DNA of 57,183 bases, filler included, from Perkinsus olseni (Eukaryota): the NCBI GenBank assembly GCA_013115125.1. It is 7 parts of 7 records of this genome, joined end to end, with 100 filler letters (N's around TTAATTAATTAA, not from the genome) between each part and the next. Parts side by side here need not be neighbours in the genome. Positions count along the whole stretch, not along the records: positions 8,246 to 16,367 come from JABANN010000983.1; positions 16,468 to 24,574 come from JABANN010000984.1; 5 more parts are not named here. The stretch is one strand, 5' to 3'. Numbering within the stretch: the first letter of the stretch is position 1; each line of letters begins with the position of its first letter. Below are positions 12,694 through 23,071 of the stretch, one piece after another. The notes under the pieces were generated by a model. That model was not told the DNA's origin, did not search any database, and saw nothing but the letters and a program-made list of their open reading frames with translations. The translations under genes and the position numbers were made by a program.

Positions 12694-12748
<55 letters not shown>

Positions 12749-13012
12749 GAAGCCAGACATGGAGAGTATGCGTTTGATGGCCTCTTCGGAATGCATAGCC
12801 ATAACAGCATCTGTGGCATCTTTGTTGTTGAACGCTCTCAGAACTTTAGATCCACCTGGATGGTCCTTCAACCAGTAGGTAACATCAACCCATTTACCAA
12901 ACAATTTGATAATCACCGTACTTCCAGACGAGGGTCGAGAAGGGGGACCACAAGGGGAAGCAGAAGGGGCGGGTTCAGCATCAGCAAGGACAGGAGTGGA
13001 GTATTCTACCAT
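11597..13012 (-). CDS. Cytochrome b5-fusion front-end fatty acid desaturase, probably delta-8
   Basis: Intronless; first ATG at 13012 (MVEYST); HPGG, HDWSHH, HNTHH, QIEHH. Regiospecificity inferred from cluster homology. Confidence 0.9.
12696..12748. repeat. (GTT)n microsatellite encoding poly-Asn inside the desaturase
   Basis: In-frame N-run between the b5 domain and the first TM segment. Confidence 0.95.
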
Positions 13013-13167
13013 TGTTAAAAAGGGGCCTGTAGTAGTACAACAGATAATACGTAGAAGCAGCACAAGCCTTGTCGAACTCAACAGGAAGCTCACTACTTTG
13101 GCAAAAAATGTGAGATACCCAATACCGTCACTTCATCATCATCATCAATACACTATGATTATAATGA

Positions 13168-14868
13168 TTATGCCTCCTCACTGGCTGAGGAGCTCTTATC
13201 ATGCGTGTTATCGATGATGATGTCATGAAGTGCTACCCAGATACACGAGTTACACTTAAAACCACTTCCAAAAGCCATTTGTAATATCCTATCTCCCCTC
13301 TTAATACGACCATCACGCTGAGCCCAAGCCAATTCATACCAAATACTGCTGCTACTAGTGTTACCTCTTTCATATAGTATATTACGGCTTGGGGCGATGT
13401 CATAATGAGATAGTTTGAGATTACTTTGTACAGCATCTAGTACTCCTCTACCACCAGCGTGTATGCACCAATGATCAACACCCTTCCTCAGGTCTGGTAC
13501 GTACATCTTGATACTAGTACTAGTAGCAGTGGTAGTAGTAGTATCATTAGTATTCTTAGACCACCACTTCAAACACTTCACCTTCAACATCGACCATAGT
13601 ACTTTGAATACCTCCCTGTAGGGTAAGATAAGTGGAGCTAGTTTGGTCAAGTTGTGTTGAATAGCCATACCAGCAACTTTTATGATACTCTTCTGTAATC
13701 TAAGAGTAACTATCTTCTTACTACTATCATCAGTTTCTATAATAGATTCAAAACTCTCTTTACCAATGACCTGTGTCCTAATACAATGTAATAGTTTATA
13801 CTTGGCTTTAGCATAATCTTGAGGTAAAGAAGTTAATAAGGCTGCTGATCCACCACAACGGAATAGAGTATTACCCATCAATGGCTCTCTATCATTACCA
13901 CGATAAAAGCATCTTGTAAGTATCTCAGTAGATACAACTAATGCTCGTCCTGGTGATTCACGCAATAAACGTCTAGCGAGATCAATAGATATGATACCAG
14001 CACTACATCCCATACCACTAATATTATATGTTATAACATCACTTCTCATATCCAACTCATTAACAATCATTGCAGCATGAGATGGTACTGGGGCATACAT
14101 AGTACAATTGACGATAACATAATCTATACTCTTCGGATGTATATTAGTAGCCTTCAATAACTTCTTTACTGTAGTAATAATAACCTCTCTAGCCTCCTCT
14201 CGAGTATTAGCAGCTGATGCATCAGCAGGAGTGTTAGTAGTGATAGATTCAACAACAGCAGGAGGGTATGCTGTTGACTTACTGGCAGATGTCCCTGACT
14301 TATGTAATAAACGGCTCATAAAGTGCATAGAGTCCTCAGTATAACAACCTTGAGCTCTCGCTATGGTCAAAATGTCATCATGACTAACCTTCCAAGAGCT
14401 AGGTGGATCAAACTGGGCATGATCAATACACAGTACGTGAGGTTCACCAATGAAGGGAGGGCTACAGTACCGTGAGATAGTTGCCCTCAAAATCAAAATC
14501 AACAGTAACACAGTTATGGTGCAGATGACGGATAATGTATTGACGGGTATCGGGATGTTCTCATGGAGTGGTATGGTGATAGGAAGGAGTAGCATAGTAG
14601 CAAGACCAATAATGATACCAATATAGTTGAATATCCATTGGTAGTGTATGAGAAATACCAGTATATTAGCAACTATACGCATACGTACAGTGCTGCTACT
14701 CCTGTTGGTTTCATCAACCTTTGGGAGGGTATAGTGATCATTATTATGGTCATTATGATGGCACATGATGAAAAAGGGGCCTGCAATGAAGAAATAACCA
14801 ATGGAATCACTGGAAAAGGCGATGATAATCATCACGATGAAAGCAAGCGTGGCTGTTGCAATGAGCAC
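13168..14868 (-). CDS. Plant FAE1-like 3-ketoacyl-CoA synthase (probable delta-9 elongase); true start likely an internal ATG (14832 or 14766)
   Basis: KCS/type III fold motifs YNISGMGCSAG (catalytic Cys), LFRCGGSAALL, HWCIHAGGRGVL (His), GNTSSSSIWYELA (Asn), QMAFGSGFKCNSCIW; N-terminal TM helices; intronless. Confidence 0.92.
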   Translation of the reverse strand: MLIATATLAFIVMIIIAFSSDSIGYFFIAGPFFIMCHHNDHNNDHYTLPKVDETNRSSSTVRMRIVANILVFLIHYQWIFNYIGIIIGLATMLLLPITIPLHENIPIPVNTLSVICTITVLLLILILRATISRYCSPPFIGEPHVLCIDHAQFDPPSSWKVSHDDILTIARAQGCYTEDSMHFMSRLLHKSGTSASKSTAYPPAVVESITTNTPADASAANTREEAREVIITTVKKLLKATNIHPKSIDYVIVNCTMYAPVPSHAAMIVNELDMRSDVITYNISGMGCSAGIISIDLARRLLRESPGRALVVSTEILTRCFYRGNDREPLMGNTLFRCGGSAALLTSLPQDYAKAKYKLLHCIRTQVIGKESFESIIETDDSSKKIVTLRLQKSIIKVAGMAIQHNLTKLAPLILPYREVFKVLWSMLKVKCLKWWSKNTNDTTTTTATSTSIKMYVPDLRKGVDHWCIHAGGRGVLDAVQSNLKLSHYDIAPSRNILYERGNTSSSSIWYELAWAQRDGRIKRGDRILQMAFGSGFKCNSCIWVALHDIIIDNTHDKSSSASEEA

Positions 14869-16293
14869 AACGCACGCATGTACAGTGACGCGACCAGTTC
14901 CGACTACGACGGGACAGTGATAGTAAGCTTGAAAGATTAGTACTACTACAACCAGAAGCTGTGATGATTCTGTTGTTGGATAGAACCTCGCAAGTTGACT
15001 ATTATTATAATAGGCTAAGCAATAGGTAATTACTAAGTGTGATGTACTTGTCGGTTACTGAGTATGCCGTTCCCTAGTATGTGGAGAGTAAACTGCACGC
15101 ACGCGTTAGGACTCGAGGCGGAGAAAGGCTCTTAACGTATGCGTGTCTTAACTGTGTAGGGAGCATAACTAATGGCGAGACAGTGCAACTACTGTAGAAT
15201 GAATGGTGTAAGGATAGCCATTCTCAGCCTCTCACACCTAATAGTAAGGAAGGAAGCTAGGCTCACACTGGGTGCAGCACTCAGAGTGACTTAGCCTTAA
15301 GAGACACAAGGCCTAACTACAGCCTATTACAAGTATATATATAACAGCGACCACCACGAGCAAGTACTAAACCCTTACTCGCCACCAGTACTCACAACTC
15401 AACAACATGATAATGTCTTCTACTACCATGAGCATCATAATGTTGAGTATCATGGCATATCATGTGTATATGGGAACAGCATAATTGTGATCACGATCAC
15501 GATTATCAGTCATAATCTTCCTTTGAGTAGTTACATACCCTGTTGTGATAACTGGTAGAGTGCTTGTAGTAGCAGCATGATGATAATCTTCTTCTTTATA
15601 TCGGTGATGCTGTTTCGAAATCTACAAAACGTTAGAGTGACCACAATCACTGTTATTATTATCAACTCACATAGCTATTGATACAACTCCTTGGACGATG
15701 ATGTTGCTGATGACGATGAAGTGATCCCCGAACATCCCCAGGAGGAACGGCAGCTGTGGTAGTGCATTTATATACGTCCATTACCGCATCTGATGCAGCT
15801 TCTCTCGTTTGATTTGATAATGGTATTCCATCTGGTGAGAGGAATACGGCCACTGTCCTATATGATACTGTTGGCATGATCTTTATACCTATCATCAATC
15901 ATCATCAATCATCATCAACAACAAGTTATATATGAACCATGTACTCACTGTTAGAGTGTGATGGACGAGTAGCCAGAGCATCAGGGTTGATGTTGATGCT
16001 ATTGATGTATATTAAAGCAAGGTAATCCTTATCGAGAGGGAGATCAGGAAGTGCTGTGAAGAAGAAGGAAGAGTTCGACAACAGAGTTGTATAGAGTGCT
16101 TAGTATTACTACCCTCTTCCTCGTCACATGATCCAAACAATAATCGTATTGTGAGAGGTTTCTCCATCTCAACCATGGACTTACGAATAGTCTTCGGTGT
16201 AGCAAAGTTGAATGCAGCAGCAGCAGCACGATGATGATGATGATGAGCATCGTCATCATAATCACTACTCTTACCTACAACAATACTACTCAT

Positions 16294-16295
16294 GG

Positions 16296-16367
<72 letters not shown>
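16294..16367. repeat. (GTT)n microsatellite at contig end
   Basis: More than 20 GTT units running into the N-run. Confidence 0.95.
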
Positions 16368-16915
16368 NNNNNNNNNNNNNNNNNNNNNNNNNNNNNNNNN
16401 NNNNNNNNNNNTTAATTAATTAANNNNNNNNNNNNNNNNNNNNNNNNNNNNNNNNNNNNNNNNNNNNCGGCGTCGGCTATTCTACGTTGGCTCCATAGCG
16501 CCGATGTCCCGGCCATGTCGGTGACTATACATTGCGAGCATGGCCATCGTTATGGAGAACCTCGAAGTGAGTGTACGGTCCTTCTCTGTTGTGCTCGTCA
16601 TGTCCAGCTTAGCGTCCATCGCATTATGCGTTTGTCCCGTGAGCGCCCTCTACGTCCTCGAGCTTATACCTGAGGTCACGGTTAACGAGGTCGGGAATGC
16701 GATCCGGATCGACAATTGTTAGCGAGGTGAAATCATCGCTCTGCGCTTCCGTCCAAATGCGATCTGCATTCCTACGTGTGCACTGGTGCGACGACAGTAC
16801 CACTGAGTGGTGTCAACTCATAGAGTGGGGGCGCACGATTCCGATTTGGCAACGCTCAATGGGCACCCCGGGCGTCCTGTCTAGCACGGCTTTTCTCGAG
16901 CGCGATCGAGTCGCA

Positions 16916-17228
16916 TACGGACCGTCCGTAACGGACGCAGTGAGCTCTCGATCTCGACGCTTGATCTATTCGAGTTGGAATTCCGTTATGGAATTCCGTG
17001 AATACATTCACAAAGATGCGGAGCCGAAGACAGCCTGGCATGGAAGTTCCATGAAAGCAGTTCCATGATGGAACTGCTTCCATCTAGACTAATAGTTTCA
17101 CTCAGTGAAACCATTAGTGAAATTCACTGGGCTTCAAGCCCAGAGTTACAAGAGTTCAAGAGTTACAAACTGCAAGTTGCAGTTTGTAACTCTTGAGTTT
17201 CTAGGTGTCACATGGTTTGACACCTAGA
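16916..17228. repeat. Dense array of short, chained inverted repeats, mostly with 1-nt spacers
   Basis: For example TCAAGAGTTACAAACTGCAA-G-TTGCAGTTTGTAACTCTTGA (17156-17196), AAGCAGTTCCAT-G-ATGGAACTGCTT (17055-17079), CTGGGCTT-C-AAGCCCAG (17127-17143). Confidence 0.9.
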
Positions 17229-17858
17229 TAGATGCGGCAAGTGACTCACATGTAGTTATTCCAACAGTTTACCGAGTTTACCGAATCCCCCCGGACTGGA
17301 TTGTCTTCAAGTGCATTGAATGGACTCTGATTCTTTTCACGCACGTGAAAGATTCGAGGCCGATCATAATTCAGGCCGATTCAGCATGAACTCAATGATT
17401 CGATAAGTGTTCCTCCGACAAGGCGACCATTTGAAATGGCCCATTCCGAATAGCCCCTGGTTTGATGCTCCAGTCTCTTTGCCAAGGCCTCCAGATCGTG
17501 CAACTGCTAATGTGGAAGGAACTCGTGTTACCTTCGCTCGCCTTTGTACTGGTGCAACGGTCCGCTCCGCCAAGCTATGTACTTGCGTGCCCCTAAGCTT
17601 GGGTTTTCTCCGGAATTGCAGACTTTCATTAGCCTTTTGATTTTTCCTCGTTCGAGCCTCCTTGACTCGAGGTTCGTTCGTCCCGCAGTGCGGGACCCGC
17701 ACTACTGCTATTACCTTCAAGCTCACCCACGGTTGTGTTGCGCACCTAGTTCGAGTTGTACGGCGACACTAAGGTATACCTCGCTCGCCCGGCATTATCG
17801 ATCACGCACAAATTTACCTTTCCCGCTTTCCTGTCGCATTTAAAGCTCTTCCGTTCAA

Positions 17859-18397
17859 ATGCGTCTCGGTATCGCCGCCATCGCCGTGTTCTCTGCTGTT
17901 GTTATCAGTCCCACTGAGGGGTCCTTCATCAAGAGGAGAGGCACCTGGAAGGACAAGGATGCACTCGCGGGTGTAATCGCCACGGGTGAAGTGGAGGAGA
18001 AAAAAAGAATGGGAAATCTAAGGATTCTTATAATGCGGCTAAAGAGCAGGAGAAGAGGGAGGAGCAGGTCAAGCTGAAGAAGTTCGTCACTGATAAATCG
18101 ACGTGGAAGGCCGCAGACTCAGACTGAGTCTGCAGACTCAGTCACTGAGAATCCCGGTGGCGAGTAATTGAGTTCTATAGCTGCTGGGCAATCGCAATTT
18201 ACATGTTTATCAATGATGATCACACGGGTGTTCAATCATCTTTCGAGTTGCGTTGCCCCAGTCAACCCAATTTGACGGTCCTTGTGGGAGCTTATCTGTC
18301 CAATGAGAGTGGATCCCTGCACACTGTGCGCAGAGAAACGCTGTCTAAGCGTTTGTGCCGAAGTGCGGTGCCCGTAAGTGAGACTGCGCCGTACTAA
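17859..18397 (+). pseudogene. Degraded secreted-protein gene (signal peptide, apparent frameshift in an A-run, palindrome disruption)
   Basis: MRLGIAAIAVFSAVVISPTEG signal peptide. After the A-run near 18000 an alternative frame reads KNGKSKDSYNAAKEQEKREEQVKLKKFVTDKSTWKAADSD* and stops inside the palindrome at 18113-18149. Confidence 0.45.
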
Positions 18398-19656
18398 GTG
18401 ATTGATCCCGATGGCCCATCGGCGATGGGCCTTCGGTCTTGCGAAACAACGAGTGACTTTTATCCATGGTTCTTCTCTAGCTCGCAGGCTCTAGCTGATA
18501 TCTTCCTGTATCGCCAGGTTGTTCTCGAAGAATGGAAACAATTGAGATGCAACTGGTCCTGTTGATGCCACTGCGCTCACGCTCGGCCGACACAATCTCG
18601 TATTATCAAGAATCGAGCACTCTTGGCAGAGAGGGGTGGACTGCAAGTCCAGGGGATGTAAATGCTCAAAGGAGCCTAAAGCAAAGTGCTTCATGGTTTC
18701 TGGCACTTTCAGAACTCGCGTTCATAAAAAAAACCCAAAACAAACAAACAGATACTTGGAGCCCGGCGATCCAGCAAGGACACAAACGATAGTGTAAAAT
18801 GTCCTGCGGGGAGGGCGTCTGATCGCGGGAGGTCTCAGGGAGTTCCATTGTAATATAGAGTTGTGACCCAGTGAATTCTTCGGGAGTCTGCGAAATGATC
18901 GGCTATTTTGTTATCTAACCTTGCAGACGTGGCAAGTTTTCTTGCCCTGGGTGGCAAAAAAACTACGAGAGGGATGGCACCTTCGAACCAATTTGAATTG
19001 GAGACGCGATTCCAATTGGACATACCTATTCCGCGAAGGTTATCTCGGTTTTCATGCATTTCGAGCGCTTTCACTAGTCTACTTTGGTCACGCATGGTAC
19101 GACTGGGGCATGGCTGAGTAATGCGTTAACGCTATGAACTTCACAGTTATAGCGAATGTTGTCTCCAACCACCTAAGCCTCAACTGGCGCAGAGAAATTA
19201 GTTTCTGGAGCTTAGTTTCAGGCACTTCTTTTCAGTTTTTTATTACTGGAACTTTATTATAGGATTTGCCGACGCTTGCGATACATACTTCCAGATTACG
19301 CAGAGTATCTCTCAACACCAGGGTGGCTGAAATATTTCAAAGTGAAATATTTCAAGAAAGTTTTTTGGAGTAAAACCCGCTAGGGTTCTACGCGGGTAAA
19401 ATCTCTGGAGGGGGATGCGTCGCTCCGCGATTCGCGCGTAGCCACACAAAAGGAGACAAGCTATAAAGCGAACGCGTCCTTTCATAAGGGAATCATTCAA
19501 GCGGCCGCAGACCTCAGAGAGCGGCTCCCCGCTCGATTTTCCTTGTCCCTATGAGGACTTGAAGGGCCTTGTCCCTTTGGAGCCCTTGTGCTTCGCGGAT
19601 CAGGGATAGATTCTCACTTCCTGAGCCTTCAGTTACCTTTTCTATTCCTCTCTTCC

Positions 19657-20724
19657 ATGTCTTCAGTCGCTAGCGCGTCATCTAATGGTTCAACTGAGGC
19701 TATCTCGGAGGTGATTGGTGTTGTGGTCCCCGATCCCAAGATTCATGAAGATATTCTACAAGGGCTCTTAAATTTCGGTTTTGGTTCACTGCGTTCCCTG
19801 AGTTGTATGTCGGATGTAGCTAAGGACACCTTGGTATCGAAGTTGATTCTCAAGGACCCCCTTAAGGGCTTGGGGGATGGTGTGGTATCCTCTTATGTGG
19901 CGGGTGTCTGCGAAGAGGCCAAGACGCAGCTTGCGTATGCGGCCAGAAGCTCGTCCGGTGTCGAGGGCGCGACACCTTCTTTAACCCCAGCGGTAAGGTC
20001 GACGTCTCGGTCCAAGGATTACGGTGCGAGTATCAAGGCGGTCAACTCGGAGCTCGGCCCGATTCCGGATGAGTGCATGCCTACCCAGCGCATGCTGGAA
20101 GCCCTCCGGGGCTCTCCCTGGACATACGTTGAATTGTCGCGTTTCTTCGTGGAGGACAGCGTCAATGGTAGGCGTGATGGCACTATCCTTGCTGAAAAGG
20201 CCGATGGTACACCCGTGATCATCAAAGCTCCTGAGAAGGAGTCCACTAGCAAGAATATGGTGCGCCAGTATGGCGCACATTGGACCCTGGCCTATCAGTC
20301 GCTGGGCTGGGCCATGCTGATTATTCAGCATGATGCCCAGCAAGGAGAACGCCATAAAGGCGATCTCTCCTTAGCTTCTATTGACGCTCACAGAGCTCGA
20401 ATTTTGAATCTAGCGATTCAATTTAATTGGTTTGCTGCGACGGCGGCAGATAAAGCCGTGCGTCGCAAAATTGAAGCGAGTGCTTCGTTAGGCATCGCCA
20501 GGCTTGGTGATTTTTACTTCAGAGGTGACCTCCTCTCGGAGGTGATACTGTCCGCCCTTGCGGTCTCTTCTCTGCAGGTGCAGACAAGGCCGGACGCGCC
20601 TAAGCGCCCTGGCCCCTCTCCCAAGCAAAGGGGGCAGAAGGGCGTGGCCGGAGGCCCGCGCTATGAGCTCAAGCAGGAAGCCCCTTCAGGCCCCCCCCTG
20701 CCGAAGCAGCAGAAGTCGGGCTGA
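19657..20724 (+). CDS. ORF1, gag-like protein of the YR retrotransposon
   Basis: Intronless ORF immediately 5' of RT; ATG at 19657 follows a pyrimidine tract; helical core (HRARILNLAIQFNWFAATAADKAVRRKI) and basic Pro-rich C-terminus. Gag call is positional. Confidence 0.7.
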   Translation: MSSVASASSNGSTEAISEVIGVVVPDPKIHEDILQGLLNFGFGSLRSLSCMSDVAKDTLVSKLILKDPLKGLGDGVVSSYVAGVCEEAKTQLAYAARSSSGVEGATPSLTPAVRSTSRSKDYGASIKAVNSELGPIPDECMPTQRMLEALRGSPWTYVELSRFFVEDSVNGRRDGTILAEKADGTPVIIKAPEKESTSKNMVRQYGAHWTLAYQSLGWAMLIIQHDAQQGERHKGDLSLASIDAHRARILNLAIQFNWFAATAADKAVRRKIEASASLGIARLGDFYFRGDLLSEVILSALAVSSLQVQTRPDAPKRPGPSPKQRGQKGVAGGPRYELKQEAPSGPPLPKQQKSG

Positions 20725-20739
20725 AGGGGACAACGAATT

Positions 20740-23022
20740 GTGTCTGTGTTTAGTCCAGCGTTTCCGACTGCCGCCTGGCTTTACGTTGAGGGGGAAAGCC
20801 CCGAGGCTCCCTCAGGGAGCCTCCCTGTGGGATATGTTTCTGGCCGCGTAGGTTTATCTCTGTCTGTGCTCACTATGGCGGTCTATTCCCCGGCGGCGCC
20901 AGAGGATCTGCGTTCCTCACTATCCCGGAACGTTCTTTCCCTCTCCTCCTTGCATGATGTAGCGATGTCGGAGCTTGGCTCCTCTACTTTTAAGTCCGGT
21001 TTCGGGCTGGACTTCCCTCCCCCTGGGTCCAGGTATCCTGGGTTGTCCGATACGCAAAAGACGGTTGTAAGAGCTATCGACGAGGTTATCGCTGGCGATC
21101 GCTTGCTTGATCTGGTCCGCGATGCTGGTGATGTGTTTCCGTTGTCGGAAACAGTTCAAGAAACCTTCGATCAGAGGTTTTCCAACGCCGCCGTCAACTT
21201 ACGGTTCTCCTTGTGCAGCCTACTGGGGTGCGAGGATCGTGAAGCGAAGAGCGGTGCCCCGTTCAGAGCACCTCTCTGGCGCGCCTTGGCACTCCTGGTC
21301 GGTGATGAGCAGAGTGATGAATCCATCTATGATATGTTGGACCTTCCTTATCCCGTTGGTATCAACGAGACCATCCCACTGGCCGGCAATCTACCTCCGT
21401 TCTCCTTGTCTGAGGCCAAGCTAGCGAAAGAGCCGGGTGACTTTCGGTCGGCCTTTCGTAATTACGAAAGCGCCGAGTCTATGCCGACGGTGGTGAGAGA
21501 GTATATCTCAGAGGAGCTACAAGCTGGCCGGATGGAGTTGGTTCCAGATGATGAGCTGCAAAGTGTGGTCGTTACTAGGGTTGCAGCGATAGCTAAGTCT
21601 TCGCATACCTCAACCACTCCGTCTTGGAGATTGGTGGAAGATTATCGCCGGTCAGGGGTAAATCGTAAGATTACCCCAGCTTCCTGCCCAGAAAGCTTGT
21701 CCCTGCCATCTTTACGAGATCTAAGGAGAATCCTAGTCACGATCGGCAGGAATGAGGCTACCACCGATTACCTCGGTTTCCAGATGGACTTCCGTAAGGC
21801 CTATCGCCATGTCAGATTCTCCCAGTCGGAGAGATCCTTCCTCTGTGTACGGTGTCCAGCGTTGGACCCTGGCAAATCATCTTCGGTGGTGGTGCGGCAC
21901 ACGGCCTTACCCTTTGGTCTGCGATCCGCCGGGCTTCTGTGGGTCCGGACTGCTTCGTCCTTGGGGCGTATAATCTTTCGCCTCCTGGACAACGGTGAAC
22001 AGCAGCTCCTGGGGTGTCTATATATTGATGATTTTACGCTTTGGATACCCAAAGCGATTTATGACCAGACAGTGTGCCGAATTCTTTTGTTGACCAAGAC
22101 CTTGGGTCTTTGGTTGAGCTGGAATAAGCTGGTTTTGCATGCGGAGAAATGGAAAGTGCTAGGTTTTTGGGTATCGCTCCCCTCTTTACAACTGGGTATT
22201 CCTTCTGACAAATTGACTTCCACCGTGGCCGATTTGCAGCGACTGCTAGAACAACCAGTAGTTAGGCTTTCGGAGATGCGGCGCCTAATTGGGCGCCTGA
22301 CTTGGTTTTCCCAGGTTCTAGTCCTGGTTAAGCCTTTCCTGCAAAGGCTTCACGGAGTTGCCGGGTATATGGAGCGTACAAGGTCCACTGCCAGGGTCGG
22401 CAGGGAACTCCGGTATGATGTTAAGATTTGGCTGGCTGCTCTTGAGAATGCCTCGGCGCCGGTCTATGTTTTCCCGAAAGCCTCGCCGGTGCTACGGCGG
22501 GTCCTGGTCGCGAGTGATGCCTGTATTCGAGGCATTGGAGGCCTGGTTTCTGTCTGCGAGGGGGAGGTTCACACCACGTGGTATTTCCGTCTCTCTTTGG
22601 ATCACATACCGGGTCCACTCCGGCGACTGTTACTGCGTGGCCGCAGCCCTTCTGCTAGGGACATGACAGTCCTGGAGCTTCTGGCCAGCGGTTTGGGGTT
22701 GGTGTTAGCCACCCAGTTGTCGCCTCCCAGTTCCCCTTTGGTATTGTTTACCGACAGTAGTGCGGCCGCTCATTGTTTGCGAAAGTGTTACTCAGCAAAG
22801 AAGCGTATGTCCCTGGTGATGAGGGCGATTGCGATTCATCTCTCCCGAGAAGGACGGGTCTTCGAGAGCCTAGAGGTGTTGAAGTTGTCTAGTGAGGCTA
22901 ATTTGGCGGCTGACTTCCTTAGCCGGTCGGAGAATGGTGACGTTCCGGCCGACTGGCGGCAGGTTGATGCTTTGACCTTGGTAGAGGCGTTCCCTTGGAA
23001 GGAGTTTGTAGGCCGGTCTTAG
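20740..23022 (+). CDS. ORF2, reverse transcriptase + RNase H (first ATG at 20875)
   Basis: RT motifs WRLVEDYRRSGVN, QMDFRKAYRHV, ALPFGLRSA, YIDDF, KVLGFW; RNase H D-E-D-D residues in ASDAC, VLELLA, LFTDSS, NLAADFLSR. Confidence 0.93.
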   Translation: MSVFSPAFPTAAWLYVEGESPEAPSGSLPVGYVSGRVGLSLSVLTMAVYSPAAPEDLRSSLSRNVLSLSSLHDVAMSELGSSTFKSGFGLDFPPPGSRYPGLSDTQKTVVRAIDEVIAGDRLLDLVRDAGDVFPLSETVQETFDQRFSNAAVNLRFSLCSLLGCEDREAKSGAPFRAPLWRALALLVGDEQSDESIYDMLDLPYPVGINETIPLAGNLPPFSLSEAKLAKEPGDFRSAFRNYESAESMPTVVREYISEELQAGRMELVPDDELQSVVVTRVAAIAKSSHTSTTPSWRLVEDYRRSGVNRKITPASCPESLSLPSLRDLRRILVTIGRNEATTDYLGFQMDFRKAYRHVRFSQSERSFLCVRCPALDPGKSSSVVVRHTALPFGLRSAGLLWVRTASSLGRIIFRLLDNGEQQLLGCLYIDDFTLWIPKAIYDQTVCRILLLTKTLGLWLSWNKLVLHAEKWKVLGFWVSLPSLQLGIPSDKLTSTVADLQRLLEQPVVRLSEMRRLIGRLTWFSQVLVLVKPFLQRLHGVAGYMERTRSTARVGRELRYDVKIWLAALENASAPVYVFPKASPVLRRVLVASDACIRGIGGLVSVCEGEVHTTWYFRLSLDHIPGPLRRLLLRGRSPSARDMTVLELLASGLGLVLATQLSPPSSPLVLFTDSSAAAHCLRKCYSAKKRMSLVMRAIAIHLSREGRVFESLEVLKLSSEANLAADFLSRSENGDVPADWRQVDALTLVEAFPWKEFVGRS

Positions 23023-23071
23023 CTCCAACTACTCTGCGTTTAGTCTCCGTTTCCCCGCCCTCGGTTCGCGT

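Noticed and set aside
15662-16293. Minus-strand ORF fragments upstream of the elongase as a fourth cluster gene
   Set aside because: Low complexity, truncated by the contig end, no lipid-enzyme motifs.
16916-17228. CRISPR-like or REP-like interpretation of the hairpin array
   Set aside because: No recurring repeat unit or regular spacers, and the context is eukaryotic.
19100-19650. Terminal repeats (LTR, ITR or split repeats) for the YR element
   Set aside because: No direct or inverted match to 24305-24574 found by eye; the 3' end is truncated, so the question is open.
20790-20798. GGGAAAG as a -1 slippery site before the hairpin
   Set aside because: It lies after the ORF1 stop, and its phase does not connect ORF1 to ORF2, which already share a frame.
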